This document shows, piece by piece, positions 29,339 through 37,543 of a DNA stretch of 39,458 bases (within the stretch, counting starts at the first letter, position 1; every line of letters begins with the position of its first letter). The DNA comes from Erysipelothrix sp. (GTDB lineage Bacteria > Bacillota_I > Bacilli_A > Erysipelotrichales > Erysipelotrichaceae). A program made the translations under genes and the position numbers. The DNA lies in NCBI GenBank assembly GCA_030152625.1, contig JASLJD010000145.1, positions 1 to 39,458 of the forward strand. Reading direction: 5' to 3'. Under the pieces are notes generated by a model. That model saw only the letters and a list, made by a program, of their open reading frames with translations. It was not told where the DNA came from and did no database searches.

Positions 29339-30097
29339 ATGTGGGTTGATTCACATGTTCATTTAGTTAGTGACGAGTTATTTTCAAAATTTGATGTACT
29401 AAAATCGAATATGGAAAAACATCAAGTTGAGAAAGCTTTGATTATTTGCGGAAATCTAGAGGAAGTACAACGTGCTTTTGATAAGGTGGAAAAGGATCCG
29501 ATGTTTGATTTAGCGATTGGAGTGCATCCAAGTTCCGCTAAACGAATATCGGAAGATGAACGCCAAGCGATGTATCGTTATTTATCGCATCCTAAAGTGG
29601 TAGCTGTCGGTGAAATTGGTTTAGATTACTATTGGGATCAGAGTTTTAATGATTTGCAAAAAGAAGTTTTCATTGAACAAATTAGACAGGCCAATAAACA
29701 TCAATTGCCGATTATTGTTCATATGCGTGATTCAGGGAAGGACCTTGCTTCGTTGCTTCAAAGACATCCTGTTGATCGAAAAGGGGTCATCCATAGTTTT
29801 TCCGATGAGACATTAACAAAGACTTTTCTAAATATGGGTTATCATTTAGGATTTAATGGGATTGTGACCTTTAAAAATGGCGATAATGTTCGTCGAATTC
29901 TCGAAGAGGTTCCTGTGAATCGTATTTTAAGTGAAACCGATGCACCCTATTTAACACCTGAACCTCATCGGGGTAAACGAAATCAACCGGCTTATGTTTC
30001 TTTTGTTGGAAAAAAACTAGCGGAATTAAAAGATGTATCGGAAGATGAAATGAAAGCAATCTTGAAGGAGAATTATGAACGTGTATTCCATCGCTGA
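29339..30097 (+). CDS. tatD: TatD-family DNase
   Basis: DSHVH, GVHP, GEIGLDY and ETDAPYL. Confidence 0.95.
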   Translation: MWVDSHVHLVSDELFSKFDVLKSNMEKHQVEKALIICGNLEEVQRAFDKVEKDPMFDLAIGVHPSSAKRISEDERQAMYRYLSHPKVVAVGEIGLDYYWDQSFNDLQKEVFIEQIRQANKHQLPIIVHMRDSGKDLASLLQRHPVDRKGVIHSFSDETLTKTFLNMGYHLGFNGIVTFKNGDNVRRILEEVPVNRILSETDAPYLTPEPHRGKRNQPAYVSFVGKKLAELKDVSEDEMKAILKENYERVFHR

Positions 30098-31427
30098 AAA
30101 GAAACTTCAAAAACAAAAAAAACTCTTTCAATCAGGAGAAAGTCGTTCTTTAGACTGGAGATTGGATCGACTTGAGATCTTATTAGATCTTGTTAAAAAG
30201 AATGAAAACCGTCTTATTCGGGCAATGAGTTTAGATTTAGGAAAGTCTGATTTTGAGTCTTACACAACTGAAATCTTGATTGTGAAAAGACATCTACGCC
30301 ATACCATCTCCCAACTTAAGAAATGGTCAAGACCTAAAGTTTATACAGGGGATGCTTTGTTAATGGGAAAGAAAACAATCGTACAAGCTGTTCCACGTGG
30401 ACAGGTGCTTGTGATTGCACCGTTTAATTATCCTGTGCAATTAAGTTTAGTTCCCATAGCGACAGCTTTAAGTGCTGGCAATGCCGTTGTTTTAAAACCA
30501 TCTGAAAAAACTCCCAGAACCTCTTTCATTTTAAAGTTAATGCTTGAAGAGGCTTTTGATGATTGGGTTCAGGTATATTTAGGGGATGGTTTATTGGCTG
30601 AAAGTCTTGTAGATTGGGGATTTGATCTTATCTTCTTTACTGGGAGCCAAGCCGTTGGTCAAAAAGTTTCAGAAACGGCTAGCAAGCACTTTACACCGGT
30701 CATTTTAGAATTAGGAGGTAAGAGTCCAGCCGTTGTTTGTGAGGATGCTGATCTTAGGATAAGTGCTAAGCGTATTGCTTGGGGGAAATGGTTGAATGGT
30801 GGACAAACTTGCGTAGCGCCTGACTATGTTTTAGTTGAAGAGTCGATTGCCAAGGAATTCACACAAGCTTTGATTGATTACACGAAAAAAATGTATGCAG
30901 ATAATGAGGGTTTTGATTTCAAATATGACGATCAAGCATTATTACGTTTTACTTCATATTTATCGGCTAATCAACGAAAGATTGTTTATGGGGGAGAAGC
31001 TTCATCACCAAGTATTCTTTTTGCAAGAGAGTTCAAAGGAAATATCATGCGAGAAGAAATTTTTGGCCCTGTTCTTCCTGTTATTCCTTACAAAAATAAA
31101 GAAGATCTATATCAATACCTCGATCGTCATCCTTATCCCCTTGCCTTTTATCTTTTCACAGATCCTCACTCAGAAAACATGAGGATTTGGGAAGATTTTC
31201 AATTTGGCGGAGGAATGATCAATGATACTGTTTTACATTTGGTTTCAGATCAGGCTCCTTTTGGGGGTATTCGAAGTTCGGGAATAGGCCACTATCATGG
31301 GGAATATGGTTTTCAATCCTTTTCACAGATGGAAACAAAAGTGATTTCTTCTCTCTTTTTTGAAATACCCTTTATTCTTCCGCCTTATGGCAATCGTTTA
31401 GATTTTATGCGTAAGATATTGTTTTAA
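30075..31427 (+). CDS. Aldehyde dehydrogenase (class 3-like)
   Basis: PFNYP, LKPSE, FFTGS, LELGGKSP, catalytic GQTCVAPDY, EEIFGP and PFGG. Confidence 0.94.
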   Translation: MNVYSIAEKKLQKQKKLFQSGESRSLDWRLDRLEILLDLVKKNENRLIRAMSLDLGKSDFESYTTEILIVKRHLRHTISQLKKWSRPKVYTGDALLMGKKTIVQAVPRGQVLVIAPFNYPVQLSLVPIATALSAGNAVVLKPSEKTPRTSFILKLMLEEAFDDWVQVYLGDGLLAESLVDWGFDLIFFTGSQAVGQKVSETASKHFTPVILELGGKSPAVVCEDADLRISAKRIAWGKWLNGGQTCVAPDYVLVEESIAKEFTQALIDYTKKMYADNEGFDFKYDDQALLRFTSYLSANQRKIVYGGEASSPSILFAREFKGNIMREEIFGPVLPVIPYKNKEDLYQYLDRHPYPLAFYLFTDPHSENMRIWEDFQFGGGMINDTVLHLVSDQAPFGGIRSSGIGHYHGEYGFQSFSQMETKVISSLFFEIPFILPPYGNRLDFMRKILF

Positions 31428-31432
31428 AGAAA

Positions 31433-31460
31433 TTGTTATTTTCTAGAAAATGTTTATAAT
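31433..31460 (+). promoter_or_regulatory. Sigma-A promoter of queT with a 14-bp palindrome spanning its spacer
   Basis: TTGTTA, 16 nt spacer, TATAAT. Palindrome ATTTTCTAGAAAAT at 31438-31451. Confidence 0.6.
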
Positions 31461-31475
31461 AATGTAGGTGATAAA

Positions 31476-31946
31476 ATGAATGTCAGAGAATTAGTTCGGC
31501 AAGCTATGTTGGCTGCTTTATATTTTGTATTAACGGTCCCTTTTGAGCCAATTTCATTTGGGCCTGTACAATTTCGAATTTCAGAAATTTTAGTTATCTT
31601 AGTTTTGATAAATCCTAAGCACTTAATCGGGATTGTTTTAGGAACTTTTTTATCGAATTTATACAGTCCCGAAATGCCTTTTGATTTTATTATTGGTACC
31701 GGTGCTACTTTACTGGCTTTGCTTGCCATGATTCGTACTAAAGAGAATGAAAAGCTTGCTTTAATATGGCCAGCAGTATTTAATGGTCTAATTATTGCTT
31801 GGGAGTTATGGAAGTTTTTAGAGATTCCTTTTCTCCCATCTGTGATTTCTATTTTCATTAGTCAAATTGTGATTGTCTATATTCCGGGAATTCTGCTTTT
31901 GCCAAAGATTCGCAAAAACAAACAATTAATGGAAGTTTTGACTTAA
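31476..31946 (+). CDS. queT: QueT-family ECF transporter S-component
   Basis: AALYFVLT, SFGPVQFRISE and G-x2-LSN, with multiple TM segments. Confidence 0.9.
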   Translation: MNVRELVRQAMLAALYFVLTVPFEPISFGPVQFRISEILVILVLINPKHLIGIVLGTFLSNLYSPEMPFDFIIGTGATLLALLAMIRTKENEKLALIWPAVFNGLIIAWELWKFLEIPFLPSVISIFISQIVIVYIPGILLLPKIRKNKQLMEVLT

Positions 31947-31995
31947 TCACACTTTTTCACATAATTGGATATAAATGTCAAAGTTAACAGTGTTT

Positions 31996-32021
31996 AAGCG
32001 GGTTTTATCCCGCTTTTTTTT
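31996..32021 (+). terminator. Intrinsic terminator after queT
   Basis: AAGCGGG-TTTTAT-CCCGCTT followed by a T-run. Confidence 0.85.
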
Positions 32022-32049
32022 ATGGGAATGGGGAAAAAACAGGAGATAT

Positions 32050-32078
32050 TTGCCCACTTTGGATGAATATGCTATTCT
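32050..32078 (+). promoter_or_regulatory. Promoter of the G5-3D lipoprotein gene
   Basis: TTGCCC, 17 nt spacer, TATTCT with a TG extension. Confidence 0.55.
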
Positions 32079-32110
32079 TTTGAAGTCTTTTTTGAAAGGA
32101 GACATAAGCA

Positions 32111-32953
32111 ATGAAAAAAATAGCAGTGATTATCTACGCGATAGTCATCTCCGCTGTCATCAGTGGCTGTACAGTTGAAGCGGACGCTGATGTTGAATTA
32201 ACATATCCAGTCTTGGATGATATAACTGATGATGAAGATGATGATGACCCCTATAGGTTTGAGGTAGTCTCTAAAACCTATGAATTAGAAGAACCAGTAG
32301 AAGAAACTCGCGAAGCACAATCGATTGTATCTGGAGGAGCCTCTTGGATCTATGCCAAAACACAAGATGGAAAACGTGGGCATGAAAAACGTTATTATAA
32401 ACAAATGTATAATCGTAAGGACGAACTTTTATCGACAACGGAAATTAAAGACCGCCGTGAAGTAACGCCAACGGAAAACATTTTGTATGAGGGTGGACAA
32501 AGAGCGCAACCAGGAGCTTATTATCATTCTAGCCGTATTACTCGCTATGGTGCTGATTGCCATGGCTGTGGTATCGGTAGCGATGGTCGTGGCGGAACAG
32601 CAGCGGGTATCGGTGTTGGTCTGGATGAGGTTCGTCAAAAAGATGGATCATGGAAGCCTGGCATTACTTATGAAGGATATTATATTATTGCCACTTCTGC
32701 TTCGATTCCAATGTGTACGATTGTAGAAATTAGTAACCATACTGTAAGTGGTATGGGTATTCAACCAGGTGTTCCTTTCAAGGCGATTGTTTTAGATCGC
32801 GGTGGAGCTATCCAAGGTTCGAAAATTGACTTATTTGTGGGAACGGAGCATAATATGCCTGTTACTCAAGGACGACGTCAAGATGCCGATGTAAAAATTA
32901 TCAGCATGCCTCAGCGCTATCGTAGCGGTGGAATGTGGAATTGTGACATTTAA
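32111..32953 (+). CDS. YabE-like lipoprotein with G5-like and 3D (MltA-like) domains
   Basis: Lipobox ISGC, G5-like segment QDGKRG...ILYEG and 3D motifs TAAG, DRGGAI and KIDLF. Sits upstream of rnmV-rsmA like yabE. Confidence 0.8.
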   Translation: MKKIAVIIYAIVISAVISGCTVEADADVELTYPVLDDITDDEDDDDPYRFEVVSKTYELEEPVEETREAQSIVSGGASWIYAKTQDGKRGHEKRYYKQMYNRKDELLSTTEIKDRREVTPTENILYEGGQRAQPGAYYHSSRITRYGADCHGCGIGSDGRGGTAAGIGVGLDEVRQKDGSWKPGITYEGYYIIATSASIPMCTIVEISNHTVSGMGIQPGVPFKAIVLDRGGAIQGSKIDLFVGTEHNMPVTQGRRQDADVKIISMPQRYRSGGMWNCDI

Positions 32954-32957
32954 AATG

Positions 32958-32985
32958 ACACTGAGCCTTGGCTCAGTGTTTTTTT
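32958..32985 (+). terminator. Intrinsic terminator
   Basis: ACACTGAGC-CTTG-GCTCAGTGT followed by a T-run. Confidence 0.88.
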
Positions 32986-32997
32986 ATGAGAAAGAGA

Positions 32998-33006
32998 TGG
33001 TATAAT
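32998..33006 (+). promoter_or_regulatory. Extended -10 promoter of rnmV-rsmA-ispE
   Basis: TGGTATAAT, ending 6 nt before ATG 33013. Confidence 0.7.
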
Positions 33007-33012
33007 ATGACT

Positions 33013-33552
33013 ATGAAGATACAAGAAGTCATCGTTGTAGAAGGAAAAAATGATCGTGAAAAGATATTAACTTGTGTTTCAGCGGATGTATTGATTACAA
33101 ATGGACTCCATCTATCAAAAGATAGCTTAAGACTTTTAAAAACAATGCATCAACAAAGAGGTTTAATACTTTTTACCGATCCTGATTTCCCAGGACGCCA
33201 AATTCGAGAGCGGATCGAGTCTTATGTAGGCCCTTGTAAGCATGCTCATATTGCAGCAAAAGACGGTCGAGAGGGAGCGAAAGTGGGGATTGAGCATGCG
33301 AGTTGTCAAGTGATCATTGAATCGCTTAAAAAGGCGCAAGCTTATCCTCAAGAAAAGAAAGCAGTTTTGAGCTTAAGTTATTCAGATTTTATTGATTTAG
33401 GATTGACAGGAAATGAGGACAGTCAAGAGAGAAGAAATGATTTGGCTCATGCTCTAGGATTTCCAGAAAGCAATGCGAAGACTTGTTATAAATATTTAAA
33501 GATGTTAGAGATAACAAAAGAAAGCTGTGAAAAAATTTTAGGAGAAGGATAA
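33013..33552 (+). CDS. rnmV: Ribonuclease M5
   Basis: Toprim motifs IQEVIVVEGKND and FTDPDFPG, plus GIEHA. Precedes rsmA. Confidence 0.95.
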   Translation: MKIQEVIVVEGKNDREKILTCVSADVLITNGLHLSKDSLRLLKTMHQQRGLILFTDPDFPGRQIRERIESYVGPCKHAHIAAKDGREGAKVGIEHASCQVIIESLKKAQAYPQEKKAVLSLSYSDFIDLGLTGNEDSQERRNDLAHALGFPESNAKTCYKYLKMLEITKESCEKILGEG

Positions 33553-33553
33553 T

Positions 33554-34378
33554 TTGACTGAGAATATATCAAATCGGAATCGAACGATGTATTTATTAAA
33601 AAAATATGAGCAAAGAGCGAAAAAACATTTGGGACAGAACTTTATGATCGATCCGAACGTAGTTCAAAAAATAGCAAGAGAAAGTGTGTGCAGTCAACGT
33701 AAGATCTGTTTAGAAATTGGTCCAGGTCTTGGAGCACTCACAGAAGCCTTAGCCCAAGAGTATGAGCAAGTGCTTGCCTATGAAATTGATGAGCATATGG
33801 TTGAAATTCTAAAAGAAAGTTTAGAAGACTATGATAATATTGAAGTTATTCATGAAGACTTTTTAGAGGCTGACTTAAGTAAAATTCCTGAACCCATCAC
33901 TGTTTGTGCCAATTTACCTTATTATATTACGACCCCGCTTCTTTTTCGATTGATGGAATTGGATGTCGATCAGATGACTTTGATGGTTCAAAAAGAAATT
34001 GGTGATAGGCTAGCTGCAAAAGTATCTACGAAAGATTACAGCTCTTTAAGCATTCAAATTCAATATTATTTTGATGTGGAGAAGCTTATGAATGTTTCCC
34101 CTGAGTCATTTCATCCAAAGCCTAATGTCGATTCAATTGTGATAAGGTTGCGCAAGAGAGAAGAAGCTCACATGCCTTATGATGAAAAAGAGTTTTTTGA
34201 ATTTCTTCGCTCTTGTTTTCAGTTTAGGCGTAAAACATTGATGAACAATTTGAAGGCGATCAACAAAAAGCTTGACTATTCATCAATTTATGAAAAACTT
34301 GGCTGGGATTTACGCGTTCGTGCAGAGGACCTAGAGCTGAACGATTTTCTTGCATTATACGGGGAAATCCATGCGTAG
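33554..34378 (+). CDS. rsmA: 16S rRNA m6,2A dimethyltransferase RsmA/KsgA
   Basis: KKHLGQNF, EIGPGLGALT, ANLPYYITTP, MVQKE and RRKTL. TTG start. Confidence 0.98.
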   Translation: MTENISNRNRTMYLLKKYEQRAKKHLGQNFMIDPNVVQKIARESVCSQRKICLEIGPGLGALTEALAQEYEQVLAYEIDEHMVEILKESLEDYDNIEVIHEDFLEADLSKIPEPITVCANLPYYITTPLLFRLMELDVDQMTLMVQKEIGDRLAAKVSTKDYSSLSIQIQYYFDVEKLMNVSPESFHPKPNVDSIVIRLRKREEAHMPYDEKEFFEFLRSCFQFRRKTLMNNLKAINKKLDYSSIYEKLGWDLRVRAEDLELNDFLALYGEIHA

Positions 34379-35216
34379 GAAAGCGTATGCGAAACTAACT
34401 CTTCATTTACAGGTTATTGGTCGTCAAGGGAAGGATCTTCAATTTCAAAATTTAACAGTTCCCATTGATTTATTTGATGTCATTCATTTGGAAAAAAATG
34501 ATCAGATGAGCATTAAAACAGATAAAGCTTATCTACCCAACGATCGTCGTAACACCGTTTTTCAAGCAGTGTCCCTAATGAAAAAAGAGTATGCTATTCA
34601 AGATAATTTTAAAATTGAAATACGAAAAAATATCCCTGCACAGTCAGGACTGGGTGGTGGCAGTGCTGATGCGGCAGCAGTGATTCAAATATTGGATGAA
34701 ATGTATCAGCTATCAATGAGTCGAGAGGAAAAAATTCAAATTGCTGAGCAAATTGATGAAGACACAGCTTTTTGTCTGTTTAATGAAGCTTCTTTAGTCG
34801 AAGGGCATGGGGAAGTTTTAACAGCTTTAAACTATCCCGGTAAGCCACTATATTATCTTCTTGTGAAGCCAGCTAGGGGCGTGAGTACGAAACGATTTAT
34901 GCGCAAGTACGATCGTTTTGAACGGAATGATGCAGCTTTAAGTTCTGCAATTACTGCGTTTGAATCAGGTGATATCACGACTTTAAAATCGCTTTTACAC
35001 AATGATTTTATGTCTGAAGTACGTGAAAAGAACCATTATATTGAAAAAATCGAAAAAGACTTTGAAAAACTCGGTTTGAATGCTTATACTATGAGTGGGA
35101 GTGGATCGAGTGTTTTTGCTGTGTCTCAGTCTTTAGAGACGGTCCAAAAAGCACAGCAAAAACTGGTATTCAAATACCCATTTGTTAAGTATGGTCAGAT
35201 TTATGATAAAATATGA
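34371..35216 (+). CDS. ispE: IspE-like GHMP kinase (divergent CDP-ME kinase)
   Basis: AYAK, KNIPAQSGLGGGSADAAA and MSGSGSSVF. Canonical position after rsmA. Substrate motifs are altered. Confidence 0.8.
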   Translation: MRRKAYAKLTLHLQVIGRQGKDLQFQNLTVPIDLFDVIHLEKNDQMSIKTDKAYLPNDRRNTVFQAVSLMKKEYAIQDNFKIEIRKNIPAQSGLGGGSADAAAVIQILDEMYQLSMSREEKIQIAEQIDEDTAFCLFNEASLVEGHGEVLTALNYPGKPLYYLLVKPARGVSTKRFMRKYDRFERNDAALSSAITAFESGDITTLKSLLHNDFMSEVREKNHYIEKIEKDFEKLGLNAYTMSGSGSSVFAVSQSLETVQKAQQKLVFKYPFVKYGQIYDKI

Positions 35217-35233
35217 GGATGGAGGCGGTCGGA

Positions 35234-36592
35234 ATGCAATATGCGGTGGTTTTAGCTGCAGGGCAAGGAAAACGGATGCAATCTTCTCGAAATAAAGTTA
35301 TGCATGAACTTTTGGGAAAACCGGTGATTGCTCATGTGGTTGACAAGTTAAGTGCATTGGATTTGGAAGAGATTGTTCTTGTTACGGGCTATGGACGCGA
35401 AGAAATTGAAGATTATTTCAAGGATGATGTTCTGTATGCCTATCAAGACGAGCAAATAGGAACAGGTGATGCTGTTTCAAAGGTCAAGCAATTACAAGGT
35501 AAAGAGGGTTCAACACTTCTCGCCTATGGTGACTGTGCTCTTATCTCAAAAGAAACGTTTCAAAAAGTGTTTGAGGCACATGCGGGTAACGACTTAACCA
35601 TTCTTACTTCGAAAACATCCGCAGACAGTAAGAAAAACAGGGTTATTCGTGACAATCAAGGTTTTGTTTCAGAGATTGTTGAATATGAGGATATTAAAGA
35701 AGATATTGATCTGTATCAAGAAGCGGATTTGGGCTTATATTGTTTTGACAATAAACTTCTTTTCGAATATCTTCCTGAAATTCATGACTCAAATTCTCGC
35801 GAAAAAATACACATTGCGGATCTTGTTAAGGTGATGAAAGAAAAAGGTCATCAAATTCAGGCTTTACGCGTAGAAAACGAAGAAGAATTTATGGGGATTA
35901 ACGATCGTTTTGATTTAGGTTATGCTCATAAATACTTACAGAAGCGAATTAATGATCATCATCTTGCAAACGGGGTCAGTATCTTGGAGCCAGATTCTGT
36001 TTACATTGGTCCTGATGTGAAAATTGAACGTGATGTGAAGATTTATGCCAATGTTCATATTTATGGTCAATCAAGTATTGGAGAAGGCAGCAATATTATG
36101 TCGGGTTCTTGGCTCGAAAATGTTGCGGTCGGCGAGCATACCTGCATTGACAATTCAAAGATCATTGGTGGAACGATTGGAAAACACTCAACGATTGGCC
36201 CTATGGCGCATCTTCGTTCGAATTGTGAAATCGGTGACCATGTACGCATAGGAAATTTTGTGGAAATGAAGAACGTTCAGTTTGGAGAAGGAAGTTCCTG
36301 TGCACACTTAACATATTTAGGGGATGCGAAAGTAGGTCGAAAAGTAAATATAGGTTGTGGTGTTGTAACGGCGAATTATGATGGAGAAAAGAAACATCAA
36401 ACAGAAATTGCGGATGATGTTTTCATAGGTTCAAATTCAACCTTGATTGCGCCAATCGAGATTGAAAGCGGATCTGTTGTGGCCGCGGGCTCAACAGTGA
36501 CAGAAAATGTACCTAAAGATAGCTTAGCCATTGCACGTTCACGACAAAAAAATAAAGATTGGAAAAAAGAGGGAAGGAATCATGAGAGATAA
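35234..36592 (+). CDS. glmU: Bifunctional GlcN-1-P acetyltransferase / UDP-GlcNAc pyrophosphorylase
   Basis: LAAGQGKRM, hexapeptide repeats, IGNFVEMKN, HLTYLGDA and NYDG. ATG 35234 chosen by SD GGAGG. Confidence 0.93.
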   Translation: MQYAVVLAAGQGKRMQSSRNKVMHELLGKPVIAHVVDKLSALDLEEIVLVTGYGREEIEDYFKDDVLYAYQDEQIGTGDAVSKVKQLQGKEGSTLLAYGDCALISKETFQKVFEAHAGNDLTILTSKTSADSKKNRVIRDNQGFVSEIVEYEDIKEDIDLYQEADLGLYCFDNKLLFEYLPEIHDSNSREKIHIADLVKVMKEKGHQIQALRVENEEEFMGINDRFDLGYAHKYLQKRINDHHLANGVSILEPDSVYIGPDVKIERDVKIYANVHIYGQSSIGEGSNIMSGSWLENVAVGEHTCIDNSKIIGGTIGKHSTIGPMAHLRSNCEIGDHVRIGNFVEMKNVQFGEGSSCAHLTYLGDAKVGRKVNIGCGVVTANYDGEKKHQTEIADDVFIGSNSTLIAPIEIESGSVVAAGSTVTENVPKDSLAIARSRQKNKDWKKEGRNHER

Positions 36593-37541
36593 CATAGCAG
36601 TATTTGGTTTATCAGCAAATATAGATTTGACAAATGAGATTTGTGATCATCTTGGTTTAAAACCGGGTAAAATAGCTGTTCATCATTTTGCCGATGGAGA
36701 AATACTTATTGAACCCTTGGAATCTGTTCGAGGTAAGCATGTTTATATTGTGCAGTCGACAAGCACACCTGTAAGTGAAACTTACATGGAGGTTTTAATA
36801 GCTATTGATGCGTTTAAGAGAGCGTCAGCGGATGAAATCACTGTTGTCATGCCTTATTATGGTTATGCAAGACAAGACCGCAAAGCGCGTGCTCGTCAAC
36901 CGATTACGGCTAAATTAATGGCAAATCTGCTTCAAACGGCGGGTGCAGATCGTGTTGTGACCATTGATTTACACGCTCCTCAAATTCAAGGATTTTTTGA
37001 TATTCCGACCGATGATTTGACAGCGGTCGCAATGATTGGACAATATTATCGTCGCAAGAGATTTGAAGATGAAGTTGTTGTTGTTTCTCCAGATCATGGT
37101 GGGGCAACACGTGCACGGAAGTTGTCGGATGTTATTCCGAACTCAACGCTTGCGATTATTGATAAGCGTCGTACTAAACCCAATGAAGCAGAGGCGGTTA
37201 ATCTTATTGGAGATGTGGATGGTAAAGTCGCTATTGTGATTGATGATATGGTCGATACAGCCGGTTCATTGATGGCAGGTATTGACTTACTCTATCACAA
37301 TGGGGCGAAAGAGGTTTACTGTGCATGTACACATGGGATTCTTTCAGGGCCTGCTGTAGAAAGAATTGAAAATTCTGACATTAAAGAGCTTTTGATTACG
37401 AATACGATCGCCCAGTCAGAAGAAGCTAAAAAAGTCGAGAAGATTAAACAGATATCAGTAGGTTATATGCTGGCGAAATGTATTGAGGCAATTCAAAATG
37501 ATCAACCTGTTAGTCGTTTATTTGAATTGTTCAATGATTAA
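36582..37541 (+). CDS. prs: Ribose-phosphate pyrophosphokinase
   Basis: FADGE, YGYARQDRK, DLHAPQIQGFF, SPDHGG and DDMVDTAGS. Start at ATG 36582. Confidence 0.98.
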   Translation: MRDNIAVFGLSANIDLTNEICDHLGLKPGKIAVHHFADGEILIEPLESVRGKHVYIVQSTSTPVSETYMEVLIAIDAFKRASADEITVVMPYYGYARQDRKARARQPITAKLMANLLQTAGADRVVTIDLHAPQIQGFFDIPTDDLTAVAMIGQYYRRKRFEDEVVVVSPDHGGATRARKLSDVIPNSTLAIIDKRRTKPNEAEAVNLIGDVDGKVAIVIDDMVDTAGSLMAGIDLLYHNGAKEVYCACTHGILSGPAVERIENSDIKELLITNTIAQSEEAKKVEKIKQISVGYMLAKCIEAIQNDQPVSRLFELFND

Positions 37542-37543
37542 AG

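Noticed and set aside
27421..30097. Sir2 plus TatD as an anti-phage defence system
   Set aside because: The sirtuin is CobB-like rather than a SIR2_2/ThsA-type effector, TatD is the housekeeping type, and mnmE lies between them in a core locus.
31946..31961. TCACA direct repeat as a WalR/PhoP-type box for the G5-3D gene
   Set aside because: The 10-nt period and sequence fit the WalR consensus poorly, and the repeat lies upstream of the queT terminator, far from the promoter.
31975..32178. 67-aa ORF upstream of the G5-3D gene
   Set aside because: It runs through a terminator and a promoter, overlaps the real CDS and has no convincing SD.
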